From an uncultured Gemmatimonadales bacterium (lineage in GTDB: Bacteria; Gemmatimonadota; Gemmatimonadetes; Gemmatimonadales; GWC2-71-9): a stretch of 64,000 bases of DNA. The stretch spans positions 480,001 to 544,000 of the forward strand of contig CAWHFW010000002.1 in NCBI GenBank assembly GCA_963828735.1, given 5' to 3'. The number at the start of each line of letters is the position of its first letter. Within the stretch, counting starts at the first letter, position 1. The notes under the pieces were generated by a model. It saw nothing but the letters and a program-made list of their open reading frames with translations. It did not search any database and was not told the origin of the DNA. Shown piece after piece: positions 55,085 through 64,000 of the stretch. A program made the position numbers and the translations under genes.

Positions 55085-56444
55085 CGGGGCCAGCGCCGAG
55101 GCCCGAGCATCCGCGGCTGAGGCGGACTTCGGCGTCGAGCGCCTGCCACGGCGCCTCGGCCCCTGGTCCACGGCGGCCGTCACCGTCGGCATCATGATCG
55201 GAAGCGGCATCTTCCGGGTGCCGGCAGCGGCGGCGGCGCACACCGGCAGCGCCGGGGCCATGCTGCTGGCCTGGGTGGTGGGCGGGATCGTGGCGCTGTG
55301 CGGCGCCCTCGCGCTCGCGGAGGTGGCGGCCTTGTTCCCGCGCGCGGGCGGGATGTACGTCTACCTGCGGGAGGCGTACGGCCCCCTCACGGCCTTCCTG
55401 TTCGGGTGGGTCTATCTCATCATCATCCCCGCGGGCCTGGGCGCGATCGCGCTCGTGTTCGCCGAGTATCTGAGCAGGCTGGTGCCGCTGACGCCGAACC
55501 AGGTGCGAACCGTCGCCGCGGGGCTGATCGTGCTGCTCGCCGCGGCGCAGTATCGCTCGCTCCGCTTCGGCGCCGCCATCCAGAACGCATCCACGCTCGC
55601 CAAGGTCACCGCGATCCTCTCGCTCACCGCCGCGGCGTTCGTGCTCGGCACGCCGGGAGGCGCCTGGGCCGCGGGCGGCCCCGTTCATCCGTCCTCGTGG
55701 GGTGGGTTCGGGCTCGGCGTGGTGACCGTGCTCTGGGCGTACAACGGATGGCAGGACGTCACCTGCCTCTCCGGTGAGGTGCGCGACCCGCAGCGTGCCC
55801 TGCCTCGCGCGCTGGTGGGCGGCACGCTCGCCGTGGTCGCGATCTACCTGCTCGCGAATGCGGCCTACCTCCACGTGCTTCCGCTCGATGCGCTCGCGGC
55901 GTCGCCGCTGGTGGCGGCCGACGTCGCGGTGCGCCTGGTGGGGCCCGCGGGCTCCGCCCTCGTCGCGGCGCTGGTGTGTCTCTCGACCTTTGGCTCGGCC
56001 AACGCCGTGATCATGGCGGTCCCGCGCGTGTTCTGGGCGATGGCGGACGACGGGCTCTTCTTCCGTACAGTGGCGGCGGTGCACCCGCGCTACCGGACAC
56101 CCCACATGGCGATCACCGCGATGGCCGCACTGGCGGTCGCCTACGTCGCCCTGCAGAGCTTCGAGCAACTCATCGAGGCGTTCATCCTGGCGAGCCTCCC
56201 CTTCTGGGCCCTGAGCGTGGGCAGCGTCTTCGTATTCCGGCGGAAGCACCCCGAGGCGGTCCGAGTCTACCGGACACCCGGCTATCCGTTCGTGCCATTG
56301 CTGTTCGTGGTGGCGATGACGGCGCTCGTCATCAACTCGCTCGCCGCGCATCCGGAGGCCACCCTCACGAGCCTGGGGGCGATCGCGGCGGGGATACCGC
56401 TCTATCTCCTCTGGCGGCATCGCGGGCGGACTCTCCCCGACTGA
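55077..56444 (+). CDS. APC-family amino acid permease
   Basis: LPRRLG, GIMIGSGIF, GGMYVYLREAYG, WAYNGW, GYP. The conserved N-terminus lies upstream of ATG 55194; possible CTG start at 55077. Confidence 0.9.
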   Translation: MSSGASAEARASAAEADFGVERLPRRLGPWSTAAVTVGIMIGSGIFRVPAAAAAHTGSAGAMLLAWVVGGIVALCGALALAEVAALFPRAGGMYVYLREAYGPLTAFLFGWVYLIIIPAGLGAIALVFAEYLSRLVPLTPNQVRTVAAGLIVLLAAAQYRSLRFGAAIQNASTLAKVTAILSLTAAAFVLGTPGGAWAAGGPVHPSSWGGFGLGVVTVLWAYNGWQDVTCLSGEVRDPQRALPRALVGGTLAVVAIYLLANAAYLHVLPLDALAASPLVAADVAVRLVGPAGSALVAALVCLSTFGSANAVIMAVPRVFWAMADDGLFFRTVAAVHPRYRTPHMAITAMAALAVAYVALQSFEQLIEAFILASLPFWALSVGSVFVFRRKHPEAVRVYRTPGYPFVPLLFVVAMTALVINSLAAHPEATLTSLGAIAAGIPLYLLWRHRGRTLPD

Positions 56445-56581
56445 GCGGCGGGTGGCCCCTGAGCGGGGCCCTTCGAGCCGCCCCGGCCCGGCATGTCGGG
56501 AGTTTCGCCTGGATTTCGATCTAGATGTGGGCAGGAGTGCCTGGGTGCATTCCGCCCTCTCAGACAACCAGGAGAGTTGGT

Positions 56582-57751
56582 ATGCGCATCAGGAACGGCC
56601 ACGTCGCTCTTTGGGCGCTCGCGTGGTCGGCGGCGATTACGGGCTGCGCCGACGACGGCGCGGATACGGACACGCCGTCTCCCGCGGGTCCCACTATGTC
56701 CGCATCGGTCACGAGTACGCTCGCCGCCGAAGTACGGACCCTGACCGCAGGTCGGGGATCGGCCCCCTCGCCCGGCCCGCACCGGTCCGCCCCGCCCTCG
56801 TCGAGCTCAGCCGGGCGCTGGCGTTCGACAAGATCCTGAGCGGGAACAAGGACATCTCCTGCATGACCTGCCACCTCCCCGGCTTCGCAACCGGCGACGG
56901 TCGCAGCCTGTCCATCGGGCAGGGCGCGACGGGCCTGGGCACCGCGCGGGTCCATCCCCACGGCGATTTCATCCCGCGGAACGCGCCTCCGGCGTTCAAC
57001 CTGTTCGCGAACAAGGCGCTTTTCTGGGACGGCCGGGTCGAGATCGACGGGAAGGGGGCACTCAAGACACCCGCCGGCAACCGCGTCACACCCCATATGG
57101 CGCGGGCCTTCGAGTTCGGCGCGCTCTCGGCGCTGCCCCTGTTCCCGGTGCTCTCGCGTGAGGAGATGCGCGCGGCGGACGGCAACGAGCTCGCCGACAT
57201 CAAGGACAAGCAGCCGCAACAGGTGTGGGAGGCGCTGTGAACCGGCTGGGCAAGATTCCGGAGTACCGTCGGATGTTCGAGGCCGCCTATCCCGGCACTC
57301 GATTCCCCGAGATGACCTTTGGCCACGCGAGCAACGCGATCGCGGGATTCCTGATCGACCAGTTCCCCTTCAACGACTCGCCGTGGGACCGGTTCCTCGC
57401 GGGCAACGACGACGCGATGAGCGAGCTCGAGCTACGCGGCGCGAAGGATTTCATGAGTGCCAGATGCTCGATCTGTCACAACGGGGCCACGTTCTCCGAC
57501 GGCAAGTTCCACAATGCCGCGGTGGCGCAGATCGGACCCGGCAAGGGCGACGGCGCCGACGGTAGGGACGACTTCGGCCGGATGCGCGAGACCGGGGCGG
57601 CGGCTGATCGCTACGCCTTCCGGACCCCCGCGCTTCGGAACGTCGAGTTGACGGTGACGGCATTCATGGTCGCGCTCACGGACCCCGTTGCGCGCGATCT
57701 GGCGCACGCCGTACCCGCGCGAGTACCCAGCGGCCTGCCAATCGACCACTA
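56582..57751 (+). pseudogene. Di-heme cytochrome c peroxidase (MauG/CcP family), frameshifted and apparently internally deleted
   Basis: Lipobox; CMTCH, RNAP, FWDGR, CSICH, FRTPALRNV. Frameshifts at about 56765 and 57238; NVELT runs directly into VTAFMVALTDP. Confidence 0.7.
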
Positions 57752-57783
57752 GGCGCGCGTCTACAGCCGCTTTCGACTCCGGC

Positions 57784-58164
57784 TCACATGCCCGAGCGTG
57801 CGAGGTGCATCAGATGGCGAAATGCCGCTCCCAGCCACGACGGCTCGCCGTCGCCGGGAATCAGGAACGGCATTCGCGGCGGCTCCGGTCCAGGCGGCGC
57901 GCTTGGAGCCTGTGCGTCGCCTTCGCGTGTTGCGCCCCTGAGCGGCGTCCGGAAGCGGGAGCGCAATCGCTGGACGCTCTCCGGCCCCAACTCGGTCTCG
58001 ACCTTTCGATACTCGGGGTGGACGGTGATGGGCAGCCATCGATTGCGGGTCTTATGGAAGATGAGCGCCTGGGGCCCGAGCTCACCACGTCGGATGGCCG
58101 CGCCAAGGGCCTGCGCGGACGGGTACTGACACCGTTGTCCCGATGCGGGCTCCACGAGAAACAT
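57784..58164 (-). CDS. Hypothetical protein with GYF_2-like N-terminus
   Basis: L..AIRRGELGP.ALIFH....RWLPI; TTGACA box upstream. Confidence 0.65.
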   Translation of the reverse strand: MFLVEPASGQRCQYPSAQALGAAIRRGELGPQALIFHKTRNRWLPITVHPEYRKVETELGPESVQRLRSRFRTPLRGATREGDAQAPSAPPGPEPPRMPFLIPGDGEPSWLGAAFRHLMHLARSGM

Positions 58165-58308
58165 GGGAATCTCACGGGTTGAAGTCCCGACACACCTCAC
58201 TGGGTTGCCGGTTCTCCTGGGGCCGGCCGGATGTGTCCTGCAGGGAGTGGTTTCCGTCGATACTGCAAGAACCAGCACCTGTCAAGCAGGCGGGGGCCCC
58301 GAAATGAG

Positions 58309-58860
58309 TTATGTCGGCATGAGGCCACGGAGTCGGAACGGCTCCCGGAAGGGCACCAACCGCACGGTCCGTTCGGCCTGGCGCGGTTCGACGGAATCGG
58401 CTCGGGGCATCGGCTCCTCGACCGCCCGCAGCGTCCGGTAGTCGACCACCACGAACCGCCGCGGGCTCGCCGCCTCGCCCAGCAGCGTAAGACCGCGCCC
58501 GTCCCGCGACACCGTCCACAGGCCTACATAGAGGAAAGAGATCTCCTCGTCGCAGGCCTGGTCACGATGGGTTTGACGGAGGACGAACAGGCTGTCGGGG
58601 TACAGCGTGAGCGAGATGTCGGTGCGCGGGCCGGCCGCGCACGCGGTACCGCTGGCGTATGTCCCGGGCACCGTCAGCCGCCGGTCGGCCACCGGTCGCT
58701 CGCCTGTGAAAGGCGTCGGAGCGGTTGCATCGCTCCGGCTCGTGGCGGGGACGCAACCCAGCACCCCGGCGAGCACCACCGCGCCGACGCGGACCCCCCA
58801 GCGAAAACCCGCGGCGAGCTCAGGCGGGGCGGCTCTCGGCCTGCTTGCTGGGTTCGGCAT
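58309..58860 (-). CDS. Degenerate NlpE N-terminal-like lipoprotein (start uncertain)
   Basis: Lipobox VLGC; PGTY..T.CAAG..ISLTLYPD..F.LRQT..G.W..L.L. Confidence 0.55.
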   Translation of the reverse strand: MPNPASRPRAAPPELAAGFRWGVRVGAVVLAGVLGCVPATSRSDATAPTPFTGERPVADRRLTVPGTYASGTACAAGPRTDISLTLYPDSLFVLRQTHRDQACDEEISFLYVGLWTVSRDGRGLTLLGEAASPRRFVVVDYRTLRAVEEPMPRADSVEPRQAERTVRLVPFREPFRLRGLMPT

Positions 58861-59506
58861 GGAGCTGAATCGGCTCTCGTTCCTGGAGGCCGAAGACGGT
58901 CGCCGCCAGGGCACCACCCGCCAACGGGCCGATGATGTAGAGCCAGAGGTTGGCCATCGTGCCGCCGGACACGGACGCGTCCACCAGGATAGGCCCGATG
59001 CCGACGGCGGGATTGAACGCGCCGCCCGAGATCGGTCCGCCGGCGAACGCCGCGACGACGATGGTGAAGCCGATCGCCAGGCCGTAGAACGAATTGCCGT
59101 GCGTCTTGGCGGACGCCGCCGAGTTGAGGACCACCAGCGCCAGCGCGAACGTATAGAGGATTTCGATCAACAACGCCCGCATCCCCGACGCGTCCGCGGC
59201 GGGAGCGGGCGCGAAGGTCCGACCCGTGACCGCGAGGACCACGAGGGCCGCGACCAGGGCGCCCGCCACCTGGCTCACGATGTACCCGGTGAACTCGGCC
59301 ACCGACGCCATCTTGCCCCGGAGCAGGACGGCCAGCGAGACGGCGGGGTTGTAGTGCCCACCGGACACGTGCCCGCCCATGTACACCATCACCATGAGGG
59401 AGCAGCCGATGGCCAATGGCGCGAGGGCGGTGCCGTTCAGCACCGTGAGCCCGATGGTGAGCACGAGGAAGAACGTCCCGATGAACTCGGTCAGGTAGTT
59501 CCGCAT
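58820..59506 (-). CDS. Aquaporin / MIP channel
   Basis: EFIGTF, SGGHYNPAV, SGGAFNPAV, W.Y..GP.AGG. Confidence 0.95.
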   Translation of the reverse strand: MRNYLTEFIGTFFLVLTIGLTVLNGTALAPLAIGCSLMVMVYMGGHVSGGHYNPAVSLAVLLRGKMASVAEFTGYIVSQVAGALVAALVVLAVTGRTFAPAPAADASGMRALLIEILYTFALALVVLNSAASAKTHGNSFYGLAIGFTIVVAAFAGGPISGGAFNPAVGIGPILVDASVSGGTMANLWLYIIGPLAGGALAATVFGLQEREPIQLHAEPSKQAESRPA

Positions 59507-59521
59507 GAGCTCCGTCCCGGC

Positions 59522-60520
59522 TCAGGCACTCGTGCCGACGTGCGCGTGGTGAACGACGCACCGACCGATGGTCATGTCCAGCCAACGATGGTTCAGCGTC
59601 AGCGATCGCCCGATCAGCACCATCCGGCTGCGCGGCGGCTCCCTGCCCCACAGCGTGTCCCGCTCGAGGGTCCAACGCGAGCCAACGAGGTGGAAGTCGT
59701 ATCGATGCAACGGATCTTCCTCGAGGAAGAGCACACCGGTTCCCCGCAGGATCCCGTCCGGCAGGTTCGCCGCCCACCACCGCACGGCGGCGCCGTCGAG
59801 CGGGTCATCGAAGCCGCAAGCCCAGGAGCCATACTCCGGGTCGCCGAGGATGGGCTCGGCCAGGGTGACGCTCGATGGTGGGGCCGGCCGGGTCGGCTCT
59901 TCCCGTTCCTGCGACAGCACGAGCGGCAGGTGGACGCGCCCGTGCGAGGTCTCGACCAGCCGCGCCGCGGGAACGAACTCCGAGATCCAGTCGCACACCG
60001 CGTTCTTCTCCATCTCCGTGACCTGATCGACCTTGTTGAGGACGATCAGATCGGCCGTAAGGAGCTGCTGCCTGAGCGGTGCGCCGATGATGCGGTCCAG
60101 CGCGTGGGTCCGCACCGCCTCGGCATCCACCACCACGACCGTGCCGTCGAGCCGAAGCCCACCCAGGCCGACGGACTCGGCGATGCGTCGAGGGTTGGAC
60201 ATGCCACTCGCCTCGATCAGGATCTGATCGGGCGGCAACCTGCGGCTTCGAAGCCCCGCGAGCGCGAGGACCAGCTCGGTGGATCGAGCGCAGCAGATGC
60301 AGCCGTCCGCGAGGGTGATGGTGCCCCCGGGTTCGAGCAACTCGGGGTCGAGGTCGGTGCTGCCGAAATCGTTCACGATCACGGCTAGCCGGCGCTCGCG
60401 GCTCTGGGCGAGGACGTGGTTCACGAGCGTGGTTTTGCCCGCGCCGAGATGGCCCGCGATGATGGTCACGGGAATCGCGTCCCTACGGCCGACTTGATGG
60501 TTCAGCATTTTGACCCGCAT
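59522..60520 (-). CDS. CobW / COG0523 G3E GTPase metallochaperone
   Basis: GHLGAGKTT, NDFG, GCICC, IEASG, NKVD. Confidence 0.9.
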   Translation of the reverse strand: MRVKMLNHQVGRRDAIPVTIIAGHLGAGKTTLVNHVLAQSRERRLAVIVNDFGSTDLDPELLEPGGTITLADGCICCARSTELVLALAGLRSRRLPPDQILIEASGMSNPRRIAESVGLGGLRLDGTVVVVDAEAVRTHALDRIIGAPLRQQLLTADLIVLNKVDQVTEMEKNAVCDWISEFVPAARLVETSHGRVHLPLVLSQEREEPTRPAPPSSVTLAEPILGDPEYGSWACGFDDPLDGAAVRWWAANLPDGILRGTGVLFLEEDPLHRYDFHLVGSRWTLERDTLWGREPPRSRMVLIGRSLTLNHRWLDMTIGRCVVHHAHVGTSA

Positions 60521-60534
60521 CAGGGCGAGCTCGA

Positions 60535-61530
60535 TCAGTCGCGTGACGGACGGGCGACGCACCGGAACCCGACGTGGCACGTGGACGTGTCCACTGGCTC
60601 GGGGAAGCGTGCGGCCGGGCGATAGCGACGGCAGTAGTTCGGTGCGCAGAGATGCGAGCCGCCCTTGAGCACCTTGCGCGGTATGCGGATAGCGGGCTGG
60701 GACGGGTCGTAGCTCTCGACCTCTGCGCACCCGCGCGGATTGTGCGGGGCGCAGCAGGCCTTCGGTGGATCGCCCGGATGGCTCGCCCGATACCAGTCGG
60801 TGGTCCACTCCCACACGTTGCCGATCATGTCGAACAACCCGTACCCGTTCTCCGGGAAGGTCCCGACGGGTGAGGTCCCCTCGTAGCCGTCCTCCACTCG
60901 ATTGTGCCAGGGGAACTCACCCTGCCAGGTGTTGGCCATGACGTGGCCCTCTGGCATGAACTGCTCCCCCCAGGCGTAGGTCGCTCCGTCCAGACCACCG
61001 CGGGCCGCAAACTCCCACTCGGCTTCCGTCGGCAGCGCCTTGCCCGCCCATCGGGCGTACGCCTCGGCATCGCTGTAAGCCACGTGCACGACCGGATGCC
61101 GCTCCAGACCCGCGATCGAGCTCCCGGGGCCCTGTGGATGGCGCCAGTCGGCATCCTTCACGTACTGCCACCAGTTGCCGATCTGGCCTCGATCCACCGG
61201 GCCCGCCGGCTTCACGAACACCAGTGAGCCGGCGTAGAGCATCTCCGGCAACGCGCCGGGATAGTCCTCCGGCTTCGGCACGAGCTCCGCGAAGGTGACG
61301 TATCCCGTCTCCTCCACGAAGCGCGCGAACTCCTCATTGGTGACCGGCCGGCGGTCGATCCAGAAGCCATCGACCGAGGCCTGGTGCACCGGGCGCTCCT
61401 CCGGGTAGTGCCGATCGGAACCCATCCGGAAGCCGCCTCCCGCGATCCACACCATCTCCGGATCGGGGGCCGCCGAGCCCAGCGCCTGGGGCGCGAGCTC
61501 GGCGGGTACGGCAGAAGTCTCGTGATTCAT
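60535..61530 (-). CDS. Formylglycine-generating enzyme family protein
   Basis: FRMGS, HPVVHV, LPTEAEWE, GNVWEW, GGSHLCAPNYCRRYRPAAR, GFRC. Confidence 0.93.
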   Translation of the reverse strand: MNHETSAVPAELAPQALGSAAPDPEMVWIAGGGFRMGSDRHYPEERPVHQASVDGFWIDRRPVTNEEFARFVEETGYVTFAELVPKPEDYPGALPEMLYAGSLVFVKPAGPVDRGQIGNWWQYVKDADWRHPQGPGSSIAGLERHPVVHVAYSDAEAYARWAGKALPTEAEWEFAARGGLDGATYAWGEQFMPEGHVMANTWQGEFPWHNRVEDGYEGTSPVGTFPENGYGLFDMIGNVWEWTTDWYRASHPGDPPKACCAPHNPRGCAEVESYDPSQPAIRIPRKVLKGGSHLCAPNYCRRYRPAARFPEPVDTSTCHVGFRCVARPSRD

Positions 61531-61549
61531 CTGCCACCCCTGCTCCAGG

Positions 61550-62920
61550 TCAGTTGAGCCGGGTGAGCTCAACCCGACGATTCTGCGCCCGTCCCTCAGC
61601 CGTCTTGTTGGATGCGATGGGCTTGTCCGGGCCGTAGCCGTGGGACGTGACCTGGCCAGGGGACGCGCCGTTCGCCTCGAGGAAGTCCTCGACCGACTTC
61701 GCACGTGACGCCGAGAGCTTCAGGTTGCTCTTGCGCGATCCGCTGTTGTCGGTGTGACCGGCGACCTCCACCCGGACCTCGGGGTTGGCCGCCAGGGCCT
61801 TGGCGGTTTCAACCAGGGCCGCCTTGCTCTCGTCACTCAGCGTGCTCTTGCCCGACGCGAAGGTCACCCCCGGCAGGACGATGGTCTTGGCCGCTCCCTG
61901 GAACAGCTGGGGGCATCCGGTCGCGTCGACTGCCTGGCCGTTCGGCGTGTCGGGGCACTTGTCCGCCTCGTCGTTCACCCCGTCGGCGTCGGTGTCGGGT
62001 ATGCAGCCCTTGGCGTCCACCTTCGCACCTGCCGGCGTGTCGGCGCACTGGTCCAGATTGTCCTTCACGCCATCGCCGTCGGTGTCCTTCTGGCTGGCGG
62101 AGCATCCGTCGTGATCCGCCGGTTCCCCGGCCGGCGTGTCGGCGCACTTGTCGATGTTGTCGATGACGCCGTCATGGTCCTTGTCGAGCTGCTCCGGGGC
62201 GCACCCGTTCGCGTCCACCTTGGCGCCGGCGGCGGTGTTCGGGCACTTGTCGGCGTTGTCCTTCACGCCGTCCTTGTCGGTGTCCCGCTGGCTCGCCGAG
62301 CAGCCGGAGGCATCCACGGCCTCGCCCACGGGCGTGCCGAGACACTTGTCGCCGCCGTCCTCGACGCCATCCTTGTCGCGATCGTACTTGTTGTTGAGCA
62401 GCAGCAGAGCGCCGGCCTGGACGCCGAGGTTCATGTAGTTGTCAAGCGTCGAGTTCTTCGGGCTCGGCACGTAGTCCAGCGTCCCGTCGACCTGGAGCGC
62501 GAGGACCTTGTTCAGACCGAAGCGGAGGCCCAGCAGGCCGGTGATGCCATCGTCGCTGGCATCCGCATCCTTGCCGAACTTCTCGTGTACGTAGCCCGCA
62601 CCCAACCGAATCGCGCTGGACCAGCCGCGGAGCGGGAGGTGGAGGACGAGGCGACCGCGGATGGGCGTGTCGGAGATGTTCCCGATGTCGTTGGTGTCGC
62701 TGGTGCTGGTGGTCGCCGCCTCGGCCTCGAGCGCCACGTTGCGCGCGAAGAAGATGCCAAGGAAGCCTCCGCCCCCGACTTTGTCTTTGAGGTTGAGGTC
62801 GTTGTCGTAGAAGGAATAGCGGGCGAAGCCGCCGATCTCGAAGGCACCCGGGCTTTGGGCGACACAGGGGGCCGCGACTGCCAGCAGGACTCCGAGGAGG
62901 GATAACGTGCGCGTGACCAT
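61550..62920 (-). CDS. OmpA-family outer membrane protein with thrombospondin type-3 repeats
   Basis: Signal peptide, beta-barrel, about five D.D.DGV.D..D.C..TP repeats, GHTD...NRRVE. Confidence 0.93.
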   Translation of the reverse strand: MVTRTLSLLGVLLAVAAPCVAQSPGAFEIGGFARYSFYDNDLNLKDKVGGGGFLGIFFARNVALEAEAATTSTSDTNDIGNISDTPIRGRLVLHLPLRGWSSAIRLGAGYVHEKFGKDADASDDGITGLLGLRFGLNKVLALQVDGTLDYVPSPKNSTLDNYMNLGVQAGALLLLNNKYDRDKDGVEDGGDKCLGTPVGEAVDASGCSASQRDTDKDGVKDNADKCPNTAAGAKVDANGCAPEQLDKDHDGVIDNIDKCADTPAGEPADHDGCSASQKDTDGDGVKDNLDQCADTPAGAKVDAKGCIPDTDADGVNDEADKCPDTPNGQAVDATGCPQLFQGAAKTIVLPGVTFASGKSTLSDESKAALVETAKALAANPEVRVEVAGHTDNSGSRKSNLKLSASRAKSVEDFLEANGASPGQVTSHGYGPDKPIASNKTAEGRAQNRRVELTRLN

Positions 62921-63002
62921 ACCAGCTCCGCTTAGGGGGGCGACGGCACAGTAGGCGGCCGCCAGAGTGAGCGATACTGAACCTTCGGCTAGGTGCTGAA
63001 GC

Positions 63003-63380
63003 CTAGGGCGCGATCAAGGACCAGATCAAAGCAGCCGCCTGAACCAGGATCAGGACGACCGACATGAGGAATGCCCCGGACTTGCGCGCCGGCGGTGCGC
63101 CGAGCCGCTTGCGCTCGGACACGTACTGAACAGTGGCCCCCGAGAGCGTGAGCAGGCCGAGCGCCATGATGGCGAGCCCCAGCGAGCGCGGCTCCAGATC
63201 CCTGGAGGCCGAGGGGTGGACCGGGTGTTCCTCACGGACGAACTCGAAGAACTTGAGCAGGCTGAAGCCGAAGGTGAGCATCGACAGGCCGGTGCGAACC
63301 CACGCCATCTGGGTGCGCTCGAGGGCCATCATCGTGCGCTCGCGAGCGAGCTCGTCGGAGCTGAGACGGGGAGCCGTCAT
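63003..63380 (-). CDS. DUF202 / YidH inner membrane protein
   Basis: LARERT..ALERT.MAWVRTGLS..FGF. Confidence 0.88.
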   Translation of the reverse strand: MTAPRLSSDELARERTMMALERTQMAWVRTGLSMLTFGFSLLKFFEFVREEHPVHPSASRDLEPRSLGLAIMALGLLTLSGATVQYVSERKRLGAPPARKSGAFLMSVVLILVQAAALIWSLIAP

Positions 63381-63659
63381 CGCGGACAAGTAGAGTGATG
63401 GGGCAACCAGGTCCCAGTCGGCGCCAGCTTCGGGGGCCGCCGAAGTTGAATCGCAGGTTGAGCCGAGCCTCAGCCGCCGAGCGCACAAGAGAACAGCCGG
63501 CTCGTCACACTGCCGCGAGACACCAGACGTGGCCACTGGACCTTCGTACATGCGCGTCCGAAGCGGCTGACCGGCCCGCGTTCGAGCGGCCGCCAAGGCA
63601 CCGCAAGGTTACACCAAAGTTCAAGTTGCGCCGATTCCCCGCTGGGGGGTAATTGGGCA

Positions 63660-64000
63660 ATGGAAGGACAGCTCTTCTCGCAGGTTCTCCGGGATTCGAG
63701 AGTGCCCTTTATCGACGCCGACCGCAGCCCGGGTCGGGCCGTGCCGAGCCAGAGTGCCGCCTCACACGGGGTGGTTGCTTCGGTTGCGCTGTGGGCCGTA
63801 CTGCCCTTCTTCGCCCCTCGGATCTATGCCGGCATCGTCATCCTCATCCAGGGCGCCCTGATCGTGGCGCTCGTCCTCACGGCGCGGCGGCAGGCGCGGG
63901 CGCAGCGCGCCCTCGACGAGCGGCTCCGGTTCGAGCGACTCCTCGGCGAGCTCTCCGCCGACTTCGTCAGCGTGCTGCCCGATCGCGTCGACGAGGAGAT
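63660..64000 (+). CDS. Membrane sensor / regulator, N-terminal part (runs off window)
   Basis: Open from ATG 63660; TM helix, then ERLRFERLLGELSADFV...D.VDEE, typical of GAF-linked kinases and sigma54 activators. Confidence 0.65.
   Translation, partial: MEGQLFSQVLRDSRVPFIDADRSPGRAVPSQSAASHGVVASVALWAVLPFFAPRIYAGIVILIQGALIVALVLTARRQARAQRALDERLRFERLLGELSADFVSVLPDRVDEE

Noticed and set aside
61930..62390. Periodic DNA repeats that could suggest a CRISPR array
   Set aside because: They encode thrombospondin type-3 repeats inside OmpA; no identical direct repeats and no cas genes.

Overview
High-GC bacterial chromosome segment whose protein sequences and gene order look like Gemmatimonadota (inference, not a database result). 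It is probably from a long-read assembly: at least eight genes are split by single-base indels. The left half (1-29 kb) is mostly housekeeping: anmK-murQ, ggt, ABC exporter, ccdA-fur-TIGR00300 operon, TonB receptor, priA, dipeptide epimerase, deacetylase, glyQS, PqqD-like protein, HEAT plus HD-GYP pair, ypdA-purA, M28 peptidase, pilT, trpS, suhB. The centre (29-48 kb) holds the str-S10-spc ribosomal cluster. That cluster ends at map (no infA/alpha operon) and is split between rpsG and fusA by an opposite-strand DGPF/YciI plus ECF42 sigma pair. The right part (48-64 kb) is accessory: zincin, ABC exporter, S1 protease with a BsuPI-like inhibitor, APC permease, a damaged di-heme peroxidase, and an OmpA-FGE-CobW-aquaporin-NlpE operon. 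No rRNA, tRNA, CRISPR array or transposase was seen. The most interesting observations are: (1) tuf has almost all four-fold degenerate sites as G, fading at both gene ends, and an atypical switch I; (2) a strongly ubiquitin-like small protein in an operon with a zinc peptidase and a deacetylase; (3) fusA has its own promoter and a long attenuator-like leader; (4) the HEAT and HD-GYP partners share an uncharacterised N-terminal domain; (5) several ribosomal proteins carry extensions, including a histone-H1-like tail on uL4.
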